A stretch of 64,000 bases of DNA from the NCBI RefSeq assembly GCF_022045235.1, contig NW_027266268.1, forward strand, positions 39,990,001-40,054,000, given 5' to 3'. Of the stretch, positions 1-14,095 are shown piece after piece (within the stretch, counting starts at the first letter, position 1; every line of letters starts with the position of its first letter). The position numbers and the translations under genes were made by a program. The notes under the pieces are model-generated. The model worked only from the letters and a program-made list of their open reading frames with translations. It ran no database searches and was not told where the DNA came from. Origin of the DNA: Haliotis cracherodii (taxonomy: Eukaryota).

Positions 1-878
1 GTAAGAAGCAGCGTTGAGGTTGCCATGGATGACAAGAAGCCTGGAACGTGCATTGCCATAGAAAGCACCCCACACCATGACACTTCAGCCTCAAAATCTG
101 TCACATTCCTGTAAACAACACTGGGCGTAACGTTCAAGACGGCGCCTCCACACTCTCGCCATACCATCAGCAAATCGAAGATTAAATCGAGATTCATCAC
201 AGATGAAGTGTCGCTGTGCCCACAATTGACGTTGACGTCTGTGTAGTCTGTAGTCAGAATCGGCCCGCAGTATGGCCGTCGTGCTTGAAGGTGAGCAGTT
301 CTCAGACGGTTTCGAACAGTTTGCGCACTCAGTCTACCCCTAAACAGTTCATTTCTGGTTGATGTAGCCATCAAAAATCGGTTACAGAGTTTACGAACGT
401 CACACGTTGTCAACCTGGCCGAGGGCGATCAGCGGTGGCACCCGTTTGCTGAAGACGCGTCTGTAAATCATAAACAGTCCGTCGACTACAACCCATGGTC
501 CTTGCGACTTCAGCTACAGACGTTCCCGTCTGCAACATGCCGATGGCACGTTCACGTTGCACATTTGAAAGGCATGGCATGACAAGTGGCCATAAAGACT
601 TTTGTTTTCTTGTGTTTTTCTAATTTTTTTTAATGACTGCTAACAAGTATGGCTGAAAACACGTGCGTAATTATGGCCACGTGACCAGTTGCACGTGGAA
701 AAAACACTTTGCCACTATAGTGCTGTGCACATGATTTTTATCGATTCACCTTTACAAAAACGGGTGTTATCTGAAGACAATACGAGGCCTTTACTGTTTA
801 AATACACAATAAGGGCCCACAATGATAACTGGTCAAAATGTTAAAATTTTAGGATTGTGAAGTTTTTAATTTGGTTCA

Positions 879-879
<1 letters not shown>
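1..879 (-). mobile_element. Decayed Tc1/mariner DNA transposon (5' part; runs off window start)
   Basis: Minus-strand translation from ATG 580 gives MPCLSNVQRERAIGMLQTG..DRPRPG* (paired-like HTH) and later DESRFNLRFADG..VWRR..SVMVWG, with stops and frameshifts. The terminus CTGAACCAAATTAAAAAC abuts TA at 880. Confidence 0.85.

Positions 880-940
<61 letters not shown>
880..940. repeat. (TA)n microsatellite, about 30 units
   Basis: Direct reading. Confidence 0.98.
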
Positions 941-942
<2 letters not shown>

Positions 943-1039
943 TTGTTTTTCATCTATCTATGCAGTCCTAAATGTTGCCACCTTTTGATTAAAGAAACTT
1001 GGAGACTAAATTGTAATTGAAATTCATTGCTAACCTCGG

Positions 1040-1985
1040 ACCAGACTCAGTTTTTCAAGGAGAGGCTATCTGAACGACCACTGCATCGATCTTATGTGCA
1101 CTGTGATGAAAAGATGAGCAACTCTGCAGGGTCCTTTGCTTAGATGAAGTCGGCTGGCCTGTAAAGTGAAACCGAAGCCTGTCTGTTTGCTGCTCAGGAC
1201 CAGTCACGTTCCACTCGAAACCGTCAATGTGTGATTTTGCATCAAAATGTGAATATGAAATGTAGATTATGCAATGAATTTAATGAGACTGTCCAACACA
1301 TTGTCAGTGGATGCCCAGCTTTGTCACAAACACAGTATCCTAAGCAACATGAAAGTGTGGCTCGATCATTTTATTACCATCTTCGCCATGCTTGAGCTTT
1401 TGACACAGAGGTCCGTCCATGGTACGACCCGGAATATGCAGAGGGCGTAATGGGAAGTGATAAATACAAAATACAAAAATACAGCCTTGGGCGTAACCAG
1501 GCCAACAGACCTGATCTTGTCCTTTTGGATAAATCCAATGAAATCATTTATATGATTGACTTTTCTGTCCCTTTTGACACTAATGTGATTGACAAGATTC
1601 GGGAAAAAACATTGGAAATATGCGGACCTCGCTTTCGAAATGTCACGCATGAATCCCAAGTACCAAGTTGTCCGACTACCCATCGTTCTTGTTTGGTACC
1701 TCCCAATCTGTTGACTGACAGTGGGAGAGTACCCAGGTTTGCTACCAGGAATACAGCCCTTCTGACAATCTGGATAATGCAGAAGACTGCAGTGTTGGGA
1801 GGTCTTCACAATAACATTTGACTAGACAGCGCTTCCTGAAAGAAGTCCCATTCGCTGTCTGGGCTGCGTGAAGAGGAGGGCCCTGAGCTAATGATGAGCC
1901 CAACCAGCCTGATTGTGCCAGGATCACCCAAATCCTCTTTCCTGCCAGCATCTTTTATTTTAAGCTGTACATAATGATAATAGAA
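1040..1985 (+). mobile_element. 3' fragment of RLE-type non-LTR retrotransposon (R4/Dong-like)
   Basis: Translates to LFAAQDQ..CRLCNEFNETVQHIVSGC (CCHC knuckle), then RPDLVLLDK..IYMIDFSVPFD (PD-(D/E)xK endonuclease) and MQKTAVLG. Frameshifted; TAA-like tail near 1971. Confidence 0.8.
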
Positions 1986-3529
1986 TAAAGAGACAAAACC
2001 CTTTCCATATCCAAAAGAAATCTCGGCATAAAGCAGAGTCGATTGTACAATTCCGACTAGATCATGAGCATGTGTTTATGAATCACTATCAAATAGTAAC
2101 AATAGACCACCTGCTGCCCTCCATCCTTTTTTACACAACGAATATCTGTAAGGGATCAATTACCTGAGTAGACAACTTGAACCATCTCCTATGTTGTTAC
2201 TAATTATGCATAATATGACATTAGTTGTGGACACTGTAATGGAACAGCTGAACAGACAGAAAAATGCGGTAATGCGATTACAAATTTTGAGGCGGAAGCA
2301 GGCAGACTAGTGCTGCCCTGATCATTGAACACCAAAAATCCTGTTTTAACCAAGTGTAGAGTCACGATGGTCCAGATTTAACTTCGTCACATCAAAAACA
2401 AACAAGGACTGCATTCAAGCTTTTGTTCTTTACTCCCGCTCCACATGGCGTACAGACCTTCTGCGCATGCCCGCAGCCAATAATAAACCGGATAGACATC
2501 CGTTGTTAGAATCCGGACGATCCCGAAAATAACCATGATAACCAGACAATAACCAGAGTCGGTGTTAACATAGTTAGTACTGTAAACACTACACCAAGCA
2601 TGGGTAATCCTTTCAGTGGCGAATTGTTTTCGTTTCGGGGACGATTTTTTCATCGTTTATTTTACACTATTTTCGTTTTTCAAACTGAAGTTTGGTCAAA
2701 CATTTGAGATTAAGCTTCCCCATAGTCTTAAAATCTGCAAAGTTGTTATGTAGACAATTATTGGCCCTTAAAGATTAGGACCCCATGTTGTAGCCCTGTG
2801 CATACGCCGTCTACCTGGTGATGCGTGAGTTCCGTTGATGCAGGAGACACAAATGTCAAACTTACATATTTCAGCGGACAACTTTCAAATCATAGTGACA
2901 ATGATGTCATAGTTAGTGATGGCTTTATCTTATAATTTCACTTGAGTTTATGTATGTAATTAATGGTAATAAGATTGGTTAATTTCATAATTTTAATCAC
3001 AGTCCAAGACATGATAATCCTGTGAGTTGACAAAAATCTCCAGAAGCTGACAAAGATAATATTGAACTACTGTTATTAGGTCAACCTTTTCTTTTGTAGC
3101 AATCATTTCTGATGATTGCTAGTGGCCAAAAAATGACCACTGCCACAAGCTTATTAGCATATTACGTGAACAGGCCTTTCTCCTGAGTGTAAACGAAACG
3201 CAAAATTCTGAAATCTAACCGTAATGACCGTATCGCTAACTATCCCTAAGACTTCAACGTCTGCATGTGAAGAGGCCATTTTACGACGATGTCGTTTTGG
3301 CCATATTAGCCATACCCAGGAATACATAGTGAAAGGTATCCATTGTGATGAAAGAATCACAGTCCTGCTTGACTGTATTGATTTTTCTACATCACAAGTG
3401 ATAACTATTTCAAAGTTTCATCGGTCAAAGATCTTTTAACAGTATCAGCTCTCATCTGATTCTTGAGATAAATTTGTTAAATAACTGTAACTGTGTTTTG
3501 TAATTAGTACATGATCGGTTTAATATTGG

Positions 3530-3947
3530 TGGAATAAATTTGATATCAAAGATTGTTCATGGTTGTACCTCAATGGGGGTTGAACTAGTGAAAAAGGATT
3601 GTCCCCCGGAGATGGTACTTAACGCCACGTCATTCACAGTATATTTATTACTGCCACGGTTTTAATCGCAGAATATGTGTTCTTTTAATTCGGCTAAATT
3701 TGTCAATAATCGCCAACACCTGAAGAGATTATGTAGATCCTGCTGGGGTCCATGCAGGAAGCAAAAGTACTGTAAGTCCCAATGGTCCCTAGTATGGTGA
3801 TCTGCCCTCACTTGTTGATTATAAGGTATTGTGATATATGAATATGGTTCCATGCTAGTTTTAAATATGAATCTGTGATGAGTTTAGCTATTTTACTGTT
3901 CGTTGTTGACAGGTTCTAATAAATTTAAACTCACTCACTCACTCACT
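3530..3947 (+). mobile_element. 5'-truncated 3'UTR copy of the I/Nimb-type LINE
   Basis: Matches 12900-13420 (ttgtcccc..ggtacttaa; atcctgctgggg..gtaagtccc.atggtccct) and ends in (CACT)n. Confidence 0.75.
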
Positions 3948-4296
3948 GCCTAGCCAATCTTAGAACTTTGACTACTGTCGCCGCTGGGTGAATATATATA
4001 ATTATTACTGATTTTTGCTATCACGACTGTATTCTTGTATTTGCTACTGGCCTCTACCATCATATCATATACTATCATTGGATATTGTACAACCGCTCCA
4101 TTGTGTACTGCCATTGTAACGTCTGTGCATTAATTTGTGTTGATTTGTTAACCTAGTTAATTTGGAAATATATGTGTGGATTGTATACCACTTGTTGATC
4201 GTCTGTTTCACTCTAGGTTCCTTTGCATGAAGATTTCTACGTCCAAATATTGTTTCAATTTGGAAATTGACTCGTAACAATTTATAACAACTTATT

Positions 4297-4727
4297 GGGG
4301 GGCATGAGTGTCCTAATCGTCTAAGGCGACGCGATTCGCTGTGCAGAGTTGCGTCCCTTGGGCAGCCGGAAACCTATAATTGTGGGTTTGAATCCCGGTT
4401 CGCCCTGTTTATGGTTCTAGGTTTGTCAGCACCATACCCGTGCTTGTGGGTTTCATCGAAGTGGTAAACATCTGAGACCTGCATCACTTCGTGCTTTCCT
4501 CCCATATTAAGCTGACACGCCGTGAAATAGTGAGTGGGTGAGTATGGTTTTACGCCGCTTTTAGCAATATTCCAGCAAGATCATGGCGGGGGACACCAGA
4601 AATGCGCTTCACACATTGTACCCATGTCGGGAATCGAACCCGGGTCTTTGGCGTGATGAGCAAACGCTTTAACCACTAGGCTACCCGACCGCCCCCGCCG
4701 TGAAATAACTCAACTCACTCACTCACT
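4297..4727 (+). mobile_element. tRNA-derived SINE family B, interrupted by a nested family A SINE
   Basis: B-box-like GGTTTGAATCCCGG; body shared with 13878, 21665, 36796 and 47348; (ACTC)n tail. Confidence 0.8.
4530..4695 (-). mobile_element. tRNA-derived SINE family A with 12-bp TSD CGCCGTGAAATA
   Basis: A box TAGCCTAGTGG and B box GGTTCGATTCC on minus strand; TSD at 4518-4529 and 4696-4707; near-identical to 55118-55283. Confidence 0.9.
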
Positions 4728-5726
4728 CTGGTTTATTGCACGTTTTGATGAAGACTCTTCCACAGTTTTCAAGCAGGGGTGACAGCAACCAAATGATGAG
4801 ATTAATATGCATATGTTGTGATGAGCAGCAGATTAATATTGACAACAACAGGTAATAGATAACAAGTAGCATACAGATACTTGGAAATGTACAGTGAGAC
4901 TGACAGATATCACACAGGTCATGAAGCACACGAGTAATGAAACCAGATGTACAGTATGGATAAGGATAAGGTTTAAACAGTTGTGACCAGCTGATTGGAT
5001 CCTAATTAAAATAGACTATTGCTTAATTAGATCTTCATAGGCAGACGACATGTAATACCCCTGATCCCTGTTGATCAATGGTTTGTGACGGCGGATTTCT
5101 ATAGCTACTTAGAGTTGGTAAAGTTCATTTGGTAAAGTGATGATGTTTTGTTGTGAGGATTTGGGCTTTGGTCAGTGAAGATGGTATCTATGCCTGCTTG
5201 GTGCTTAAGTAGTCTTTGATGAGAGGTCTTGCGAATGTAGGGTAAGAATCTACATGGAAACGTCATTATGTGCAGTATACCTGAAGTTGTTATCCATTAA
5301 GTTGCACATTTTCTTAAATATATTTGACATTTATACGTGTATCAAAAATGTACATTACTAACGTAATTTGGACATGATCAATAATATATGGTTGGTGCAT
5401 AACATTCCGTTATTAATAATATATTGTTTCATTATTTTTATAAGGCTTAAACTTCCTCGGAATTCTGACTGTTTTTAATCAGTTTTTATTCACAGTTAAC
5501 ATTAACATTTGGTATGCATATTCACAATTTGTTTATTGATAAGATTCTCCCAGATTGTTATCAGCACCATACATATTTTTCACGAATGTACAACATTCTC
5601 TTGTGTATGAGAATTTGACAAACTGACAAACATATTTCGCATTTGAAAGGGAGTTAGCACTTCATACGTTACCCTGTTGTTCAACACATTAATCTGTGTA
5701 CAGACACAATGTACAGACATCTTGGA

Positions 5727-5968
5727 CCCTTGAAGATTCCTGAGTAGAATAGGTCTTCAGCAACCAATACTTGCCGTTAAAGGCGACTAACGGAATCGGG
5801 TGTTCAGACTTGGTTGATGCATGTCATCAATCCCATTTGCGTGGATCGATGCTCATGATATTAATCACTGGATTGTCCGGTCCAGACTCGATTATTTACA
5901 GACCGCCGTCATATAGCTGGAATATTGCAGAGTGCGGCGTTAAACAACCAACCAACGAACCAACCAAC
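5727..5968 (+). mobile_element. SINE-like family C (non-tRNA structured head, LINE-like 3' tail)
   Basis: Dispersed copies at 7467-7770, 16958-17272, 30048-30210, 32703-32830 and 53080-53264. The 3' end GCTGGAATATTGC.GAGTGCGGCGTTAAAC is followed by (CAAC)n. Confidence 0.8.
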
Positions 5969-6529
5969 AGACATCTGGTGTGCGTTGCAAAGCGCCAGTC
6001 GCTTGCAAGCGATGTACAGCAATTCGCCTCACAATGGGATCCTAACTTTCAGCCACTTGCAATCGTACCAATCGCTGACTGAAGTCGATTCGTTCTCAAA
6101 CCTGTAGGAGCACTGTCCACGACAGGTGGTTGTTGTTTTTGTAAACAGTTGTATTTGATTTTAATTAAACTTGCCACGACAATTCTTATCTGAATTTACA
6201 CAACGAGATTATTCAGCATTTACAGACTCGCAACACCTGGCGTGATATGCCACAATCTGGTAGTATCTAATTCAGTATTACTCGAACTTACAGTGAAAAG
6301 GTCGATTTGAATTGTGTGGACACGGAGTAACACTACTGAATTGTCAGGGCTCCAAGCCTAAAAGAATGTAGAGCCCTATTGTAATTGTTGTGTTTCTTTT
6401 TATTATTATTCCGCCGTTTTTTGGTTTTGTTTCCGACTCTACCTCGACAACCAGTGGCCAGAATCTCTCCAAAATCGACAGCAACATCGGCACCAATGTG
6501 AAGCAGTAACCACAAAAATCCCAATGGCT

Positions 6530-7200
6530 AAGGGCAGATAACTCTTCAAAGTTTCAACTTCAGCAGCAACAATCTTCGAAACTCATTGTCCAGTGACGTC
6601 CAAATCTGCCATGCTGCAGCGCAATCAGATGCCCATCATTTTGTATTGTAGTACCACGATAGCTACAAGGCACCGTTTGGCAGCCATATTGGATTGAACG
6701 CTTTCAACATGTTTTTAACAATTTTCTCACTATTTGGCTGCCCAAAGCATCTTCTCTCACCATATCACAGCAAAAGCTTCAAAACCTTGAAGACTTTGTC
6801 TCTGTGCATGATACCACAGCGCTCTGAAGCCACTTTTTGCGATTTGTCTTCGATGGCCGCCACATTGAATGCTAATTCCAGTCGAAAGTTGTCACAAGCA
6901 TTTCTGCGTGATTTCAAAATGTCATTTTGACAAAGTAGCAACTGCTTCCTATGTGGCTATTGGCCACTGAACATTTCACGCAAACAATCTCCTTCGACAA
7001 TCCGACAGATACCTGAAGTCCTGACAAATTCAGAACACCACTTTGACTGTAACTCAATTGACAAAGATGTTCAAGGGGGAACTCTTTCTTCCCTGAGACC
7101 ACTTGGCACCCTACCATAAACTTGACATATAGCAGACCTCGAAACACTTGCATCTCGGTTAATACTGGCCCGATTTCGACCAAATTTTCCGTGTGTGTAT
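6530..7200 (-). mobile_element. Possible highly decayed DNA transposase remnant (Mutator-like/Kolobok-like)
   Basis: Fragments GLSKEIVCVKCS and SKIVAAEVETLKSY resemble that class; many stops; weak. Confidence 0.3.
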
Positions 7201-7466
7201 GTGGACTGGGCTTGTGGATAATCCTGGTGACTACGGAGAGAAAAAAATTCATGTATAACAACATCATTTAACCTATTGTACCTCACCATATCGTCTAATA
7301 ACTGTCAGACTAGGCACTCTTTAGTATTTACATATGCAAATCGATATTCAAATGTAACAAATCCCAAGTCCTACATACACTAAACTGTAGATCTGACATG
7401 TTTTGATAATGCCATTTTGTGGTGTGACAAAGAGGGTTTACAACACTACAAGCTACACTACAATCA

Positions 7467-7770
7467 GCATGTCGTAAGAGGCAACTGATGGGGTCAGAGA
7501 CTTTATTATCCAGCGCACTACCATTGGACCACGAACGCCATCACATGTAATCCTGGTTTGCAATGACAGACCGACATCATATAGCTGGAATATTGCTGAG
7601 TGCGGCGTTTAACAACATACAACCAAACAAACTAGGATATGATAACATGCATAAACTAAGTCAGCGTGCCTGACCACCCGATCCCGTTAGTCACCTCTAA
7701 CGACAAGCATAGTCGCCTTTTACGGAAAACAATGGTTTTAAAGACCTATTCTACCCCGGATCTTGACGGG
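7467..7770. mobile_element. Two partial family C copies in opposite orientations
   Basis: 7467-7630 is plus strand (gtcgtaagaggcaact..gctggaatattgctgagtgcggcg). 7650-7770 is minus strand (head cccgtcaagatccggggtagaataggtctt). Confidence 0.7.
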
Positions 7771-8419
7771 TTGAGATGCTAGTAGCCATCTGCGCCCGGT
7801 AGATTGCCCTGTTGACTATACCGTGCATAACCATGCGAACACTTAATGCTTAGTAACTGTAAGCAGCGTTTTCGGCTTCAGCTGTTGATCCTGGCGGTCG
7901 TAGTGGCAGGTTGTGTGTGCTCCAATTTCCAAGGGGGCAAATACGGTTCTCTTCCTTAATAATGCCAAACTAGGCCAGCGTCAAAACGGCCATATTTTTG
8001 TCAGTCAAAACGAACCAGAGAAATATCACATTGTTAATCAAGACCATATAATAATCATGTACACCAGTGCACATATCCTTCATGATACCGGAAATGACTT
8101 ATGAGTGAACAGGGACAATTGCCCTTATAGTATTCACCTATGGCCATTAAAAACTCGGTTTCATTGTTTTAGTTGTCTGTATAACCAACGCGAGATATTG
8201 TGAAATGAACTTCCATGAATGTAAAGCAGGATCCGCTACTATATTTCAGTAACACTTGGAGCCTGCATCTTTGCTTGCAACTATATTTATATAGCATTTT
8301 CTGATTATCAGATTTAGTATCAGTAGGAGACAAAGACAGGGTTGTGCCTAGGTCCTAGATACTGATTTTACTGCTTATCAAGAGAACCCATGAAGTGAGA
8401 GAAGCGATAGTAATAACAG

Positions 8420-9054
8420 CTTCGTTAATTTTCTCTTCTTTAATGTTTCAGGCATCACATATAAGTTAACAGATGATGACTTTGTCAACTATGTGAATAA
8501 ATTTGATAGAATTGGTGTCACCAACACTTGGTTGGATAATGTAGAGCACGTGAAAGTCACTTTCACAGAATTTACCATTTATAGTAAAGATGCTGATAGA
8601 CTGTCTAAGACAGGCAGACTTTCAGGTGGGATAAAATTACTTGTAAAGAAGCAACTACAGCAACATATTAAATGGTGTAAAATAACGGAAAATGAAATAT
8701 ATATTGATAATTCCTTGCTCGGCTGTCAATCTGACATATTAAATGCATATGTATATTTTTATCCTGAGGGATCGAGCTGGTATAACATTTTATCTGTTGA
8801 TTGTAATAATGGCATCACTATATTTCAAAACAGTTTGGACATTTTATCAGAATTATGAGATGCTGTTGATATCTGTGGTATCTGCTAGAACAGGAACAAA
8901 GTCGGATTTTGTAGAAGATGACATTATTGAATATATCGAAAGGCTGGGGCGAGGTAACTCAAGCTGGGATCTTATGGGCAATTATTTTAGTTTAAATCGT
9001 TTCTCAAGTGATAAAAATGTAAACAACTTTGGTAAATGTTTCTTAGACATGTGA
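8420..9054 (+). mobile_element. Decayed APE-type LINE endonuclease fragment
   Basis: FNVSG..FDRIGVTNTW..GRLSGGIKLLVK..SARTG..SSDKNVNNFGKCFLDM, split by frameshifts. Confidence 0.75.
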
Positions 9055-9439
9055 TTGTACAGAAACTATGAGGAATTTATCAATGTTCTTTTTTCGTGCT
9101 ATGAAACTAAGAAAATGTATGAATTTGTAACACGCCCCAAACAATGTATAATATGCCTTTGGCCTCATCAGTATCATGAATAAAGAATGATTGATTGAAT
9201 CACTATCAAATCTAACACAGTTGTAGGATTTGTTCAAGTCAATGAAGCAATCTATGCGTTCACGCAGTTAATATTTTTATATATCATGACATGTGCACAG
9301 AAAAAGATCATACAGGATCCTCCATCATGATTATGATGGTTCGGTGTCTTCGTCCTGTTTTAAGCATGCATGAAGGTTTTACCTGAACTTGACACTGCCG
9401 CTTGAAACTGTATCTTCGCCATAGCATTTGGAAATTTTA

Positions 9440-12400
9440 ATATATTGACCAGTCCTATTAACGTTCAAGGAGCATTGTTCACGGTCCTCTCCCACTTAAC
9501 ACGAATCTGCAGGCAGTTGCAGTTAGACTTACACTGCATATTGCCTTCACACTTTGCTCCTTATACATTCCTCCTTCTTCAAGTCTTCAGCAAAATGATC
9601 TACAAAAACTCAATGACCAACTCCCAAAGCTCTGTATCATCATGGGCGATCTAAATGGGCATAATCCATTATGGGGAAGTTCAATACTTAATCAAAAGGG
9701 GGAAGTGATCGAGGATTTCGTTTCCGATAATGATCTATGCATTTTTAATGATGACTCAGACACTTACTTACACCCTGCAACTGGTACACTATTCATCATC
9801 AGATCTGTCTCTGACGGATTCAGTTTTGTTAAACGAGTTCTCATGGTCAGTCCACGATGACCTATGTGGGAGTGACCATTTCCCCACCGTGCTTAAACCC
9901 ATTAATCCCACCGATGATCCATCTCCAACTTGATGGAATTTTGTGAATGCTGATTGGTTTTTATTTCAATCTTTATGCAAAGATAAATTACAACCTGCAA
10001 CTTTTCAGAATGTTAATGACCCATTTTCAATTGCTGATGAATCAATTCCTAAGTCCTCTGTCAACCCACGTGTTATGGTTAGATGAAAATTGCAAACAAG
10101 CTAGGAAATGTCGTAAGAAGGCGGAGAAATACTTCCGTAAACATCCTTCTGTCCATAACTTGAACACTGTCAACATTTCAAACGCTAAAGCGAGACGTCT
10201 ATTCAAACAAAATAAACGTTAATCATGGAAGAATTACTCGTATATCTCAAAAATAAACTCTCGTACCCCTATGTCCAAGGTATGGAACATGATTAAAAAG
10301 ATCAAAGGCAAGGAATCAAATTCTACAGTTAGCCATTTGAAGGATGGTGATACTTTGTTAACTGATAAACCTGCCATTGCCATCAAAATTCTTCTTCATC
10401 TAATTACGTTCCTGAATTTCAAAAATATCAGCTCCAACAGAAAAAGAAAATCAGTAAATTTTACATCTGATAACGGTGAAGATTACAACGAAGTATTTTC
10501 ACTACATGAGCTATATACTGCCTTAGGGCAAGCTCATGGTACAGCAGCAGGCGCTGACAATATTCATTATCAGCTGCTGAAACACTTGCCCGAATCATGC
10601 CTTGAACTATGATAAATATATTCAATGATATTTGAACATCAGGGACGTTTCCAGCTTCATGACATAATGCCATTGTTATCCCCATACCCAAACCTGGGAG
10701 GGATCATTCTGATCCATCAATTATCCGACCTAAATCTCTCACTAGCTGTGTTTGTAAAACTATGGAACGCATGGTAATTAATCTATTAGTGTGGTACTTG
10801 GAAACAAATGATCTTCTTACAAATATACAATGTGGTGTCCGGAAAAACAGAAGATAATTTAGTGCGTTTAGAATCGTTCATTCAAAATTCCATTGTAAAT
10901 AGACAACATCATGTATCGATCTTTTTTAACTGAGAAAAGCTTATGATACAACATGGAAACATGGTATTTTAAAAGATCTTCATGATTTTGGATTAAGAGG
11001 CCGTCTGCCTCATTTTAAATCACAGTTTTTAACAGACAGGCAATTTCAAGTCCGAGTGGGTAAAATCCAGTCTGATCATTATAATCAGGATCAGGGTGTC
11101 CCACAAGGCAGTATTTTGTCTGTCGCTTAATTCAGTATAAAAATTAACAGTTTGTCAAACGTTTTAAATGATTCAGTTGGTGGATCACTTTTTGTGGATG
11201 TTTTTGATATATCTTGTCGTGGTAAAAATATGCACACAATAGAAAGGCAATTACAATTGTGTCTCAATAAAATTCACAAGTTTTTGTCTAGAGAATGGGT
11301 TTAAATTTTCCAAATCAAAAACTAACTGCATACAATTTTGCAGGAAATATAAACCGCATAAAGACCATGCTATTTTTAAATGGCACCCGTATCAAAGTGG
11401 TGAAGGAGGCAACGTTCTTGGGTCTTATTTTTGATAACCATTTAATTTTCCTCCCACATATTAAATACCTAAAAGCTAAAGTCTGAAGGCACTCGACTTA
11501 TTGAAAGTGGTTTCAAATTCAATGTGGGGAGGGGATCAAAAACCCTCTTGAAACTGGTATAGATCACTGATCCGTACAAAACTTGATTATGGCTTCATCG
11601 TCTATGGTGGAGCCTGCAAAAGTAATTTATAAAAAACTAGATACTATATATCATCAGGGCCTGAGGCTTTGCCTTGGAGCCTTTATAACGTCTCTCATTC
11701 AAAGTCTATATAAAGAAGCAGATGAGCCTTCCCTTAAACAACGCTGTCTTAAATTATCTTTACAATACATCAATAAATTATATTCTAATCAGTCAAATCC
11801 AGCTTTTGAATGCATATTCAATCCTCTCTACGAAGATCTTTACAATAAGAAATCAACACTCTCTCCACCACTCGGAATCAGAATTACATCAGCAATATCA
11901 GCTTCTAATATTAATCTCCAAGATATAGCTCCTACTCAACTTTTCTCATCTCCTCCTTGGCAAATGGTCAAGCCAGAGGTAGACCTTACATTAACAAAAC
12001 TAAAGAAATCAGATACTAACCAATTAATTTACCAACAAGAATACCATCAATTAAGAAACACTTATGACACTTACAGATCTATATTTACAGATGGATCCAA
12101 GGATGGTGGCGCAGTTGCTATTGCGACTGTCATTGGATCCAGAACAATATCTTCACGATTACCTGATAACAGTTCAATATTCACAGCAGAAGCAAACGCC
12201 ATTTTCAAAGCACTGAGATATATCAGTAATCAATCTAAACATAAACAATTCATTATTATTCCTGATTCACTTTCGTGCCTTCAGGCGATTAAAAATATGT
12301 CTTCGAAACATCCACCTTTAATCCAAATTCTCGAATTAATTAATGATCCTGCTACTGGCCAATATGACATCGTCTTTTGTTGGTTACCAAGCCATGTTGG

Positions 12401-13420
12401 TATCATTGTTAACACAATGGCTGATGCTGTTGCAAAAGCAGCACTCAACAAATCTGTGACACCATTTCTTATCCCATACAGTGATTATAAGCCTGTTATT
12501 AGATGTTACATCAGGGATCTCATGCAGAAGAAGTGGGACACCCAAGTAGGTAGCAATAAATTACATGAAATTAAACCAACTATCGGTTACACCTACTTGG
12601 GCTGTCAGTCCAGATTTGGAGAGGTCATTATGTCGTTTTGGCCACAGCTGATATACCCACGAATATTTATTGAAATGTAAGGATCCTCAATTTTGCATCC
12701 TTTGTCATGAGAGAATCACGTTCAAGCATATCCTGCTTAACTGCATTGTTTTTTTCCATCACAAGGGATAAGTATTTCAAAATTACATCCATAAAGGATC
12801 TTTTTAATCATAACAGTGCTAATTTTATCATCGTTTGTTTTAAAAGAAATAGAATTAACAGATAATTTTTTATTATAATATGTATAGTATAAAGTAAAAG
12901 ATTTTTAATTTGGTGGAATGAAATCATAACTGAGATTGTTAGTGGCTGTATCTCCACAGGGGGTTGAAGTATCGTAAAACAATTGTCCCCAGGGAAGGTA
13001 CTTAAGTCTGGTATCATTCAACGTATCTTTTCATTTCTCTGTGATTTTAATTGTAGTATTTTTGTTGATTTTAACTCTTTGGCTAATCTTTCTGATCAAC
13101 ACCAGTGGCCAGAGGGATGGTGTAAATCCTGCTGGGGCACCATGTAGGTAGCAGAAGTACCGTAAGTCCCCATGGTCCCTGGCCATGGTATGGTGGCCTA
13201 ACTTTGGTTGCTGGCGATCTAAAGTCTGTTTATATATTGTATCGTCTGATTATTTTATTGTTCTAAAACTAGTTTTACATTTATAATCTGTGATATTTTG
13301 CTAGTTGTTGTACTGTCATTCGACGACAGGTTTAATATATTATATAAATACCTAACTTGCCTAAGTCACGATATGGCTGAAATAATGCCGATGTGACTTT
13401 AAATATTAACTCACTCACTC
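9440..13420 (+). mobile_element. I/Nimb-type LINE ORF2 pseudogene (APE, RT, RNase H) with 3'UTR
   Basis: APE: MGDLNGHNPLWGS, GSDHFP. RT: AAGADNIHY, IPIPKPG, KAYDTTW, GVPQGSILS. RNase H: IFTDGSK, SIFTAEANAI, DSLS, WLPSHVGI. Ends in (ACTC)n. Confidence 0.92.
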
Positions 13421-13877
13421 CAATACTCATTTCCTATGATTATGGAAATACATCTTTTATTTAGTTTAAAATTTATTTCGCATTGCTTCAGACTCATTCC
13501 TTGAGCTGCTTTAGAGAAGAGGGAAAATAATGGACAGTCAGACAGTTCAGTGGACATATTATGGATAGAAAGGCGATGGACAATACATGTTTAACATATA
13601 TCGCTAGATTTTGAGCCCCACTAAGAAGGACTTGAGTAATAGTGAAATCTTATGTTGTGGCCACCACATGTGATAGAGGAAGATCCACAAATACGTGTCA
13701 ATTGAGTAAATCTTTGCGCCATGAGTCAGTTAAATAAGCTAGGACGTGATAAAATAGCGTTGCACGGGTAATTTATGTTTACGGCCCAGCAAGATTACCA
13801 TTGCTCAACTCTTGGACAAACGTTTCAGGTTCTTGTGAAAAGATGTTAAAACAGTTACTGTTGCACCTAAAAGACTC

Positions 13878-14095
13878 CGTGCCCCAGTCGTCTCAGACGT
13901 CGTAACTGTGTCCCTGGGGCACGCTAGAAACACATGATCACATGTATGAATGCCGGTTCTCCCCGACCATACCCGTGCTCATGGGTTTTCACCAAAGTTG
14001 TAAACGTCTGATATCTGCATCGCTTCAGGCTTTCCTACCACAGTAAGCCTCTGTGATAAAACTGGAATTTTATGCGAAGTGCATTAAACCCAACT
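13878..14095 (+). mobile_element. Degenerate SINE family B
   Basis: Homology to 4297-4520 (accatacccgtgct..aaacgtctga..ctgcatc). Confidence 0.65.

Noticed and set aside
2020-2110. 85-bp sequence shared with 17640-17720
   Set aside because: Probably a fragment of an unclassified dispersed repeat; too little information to call.
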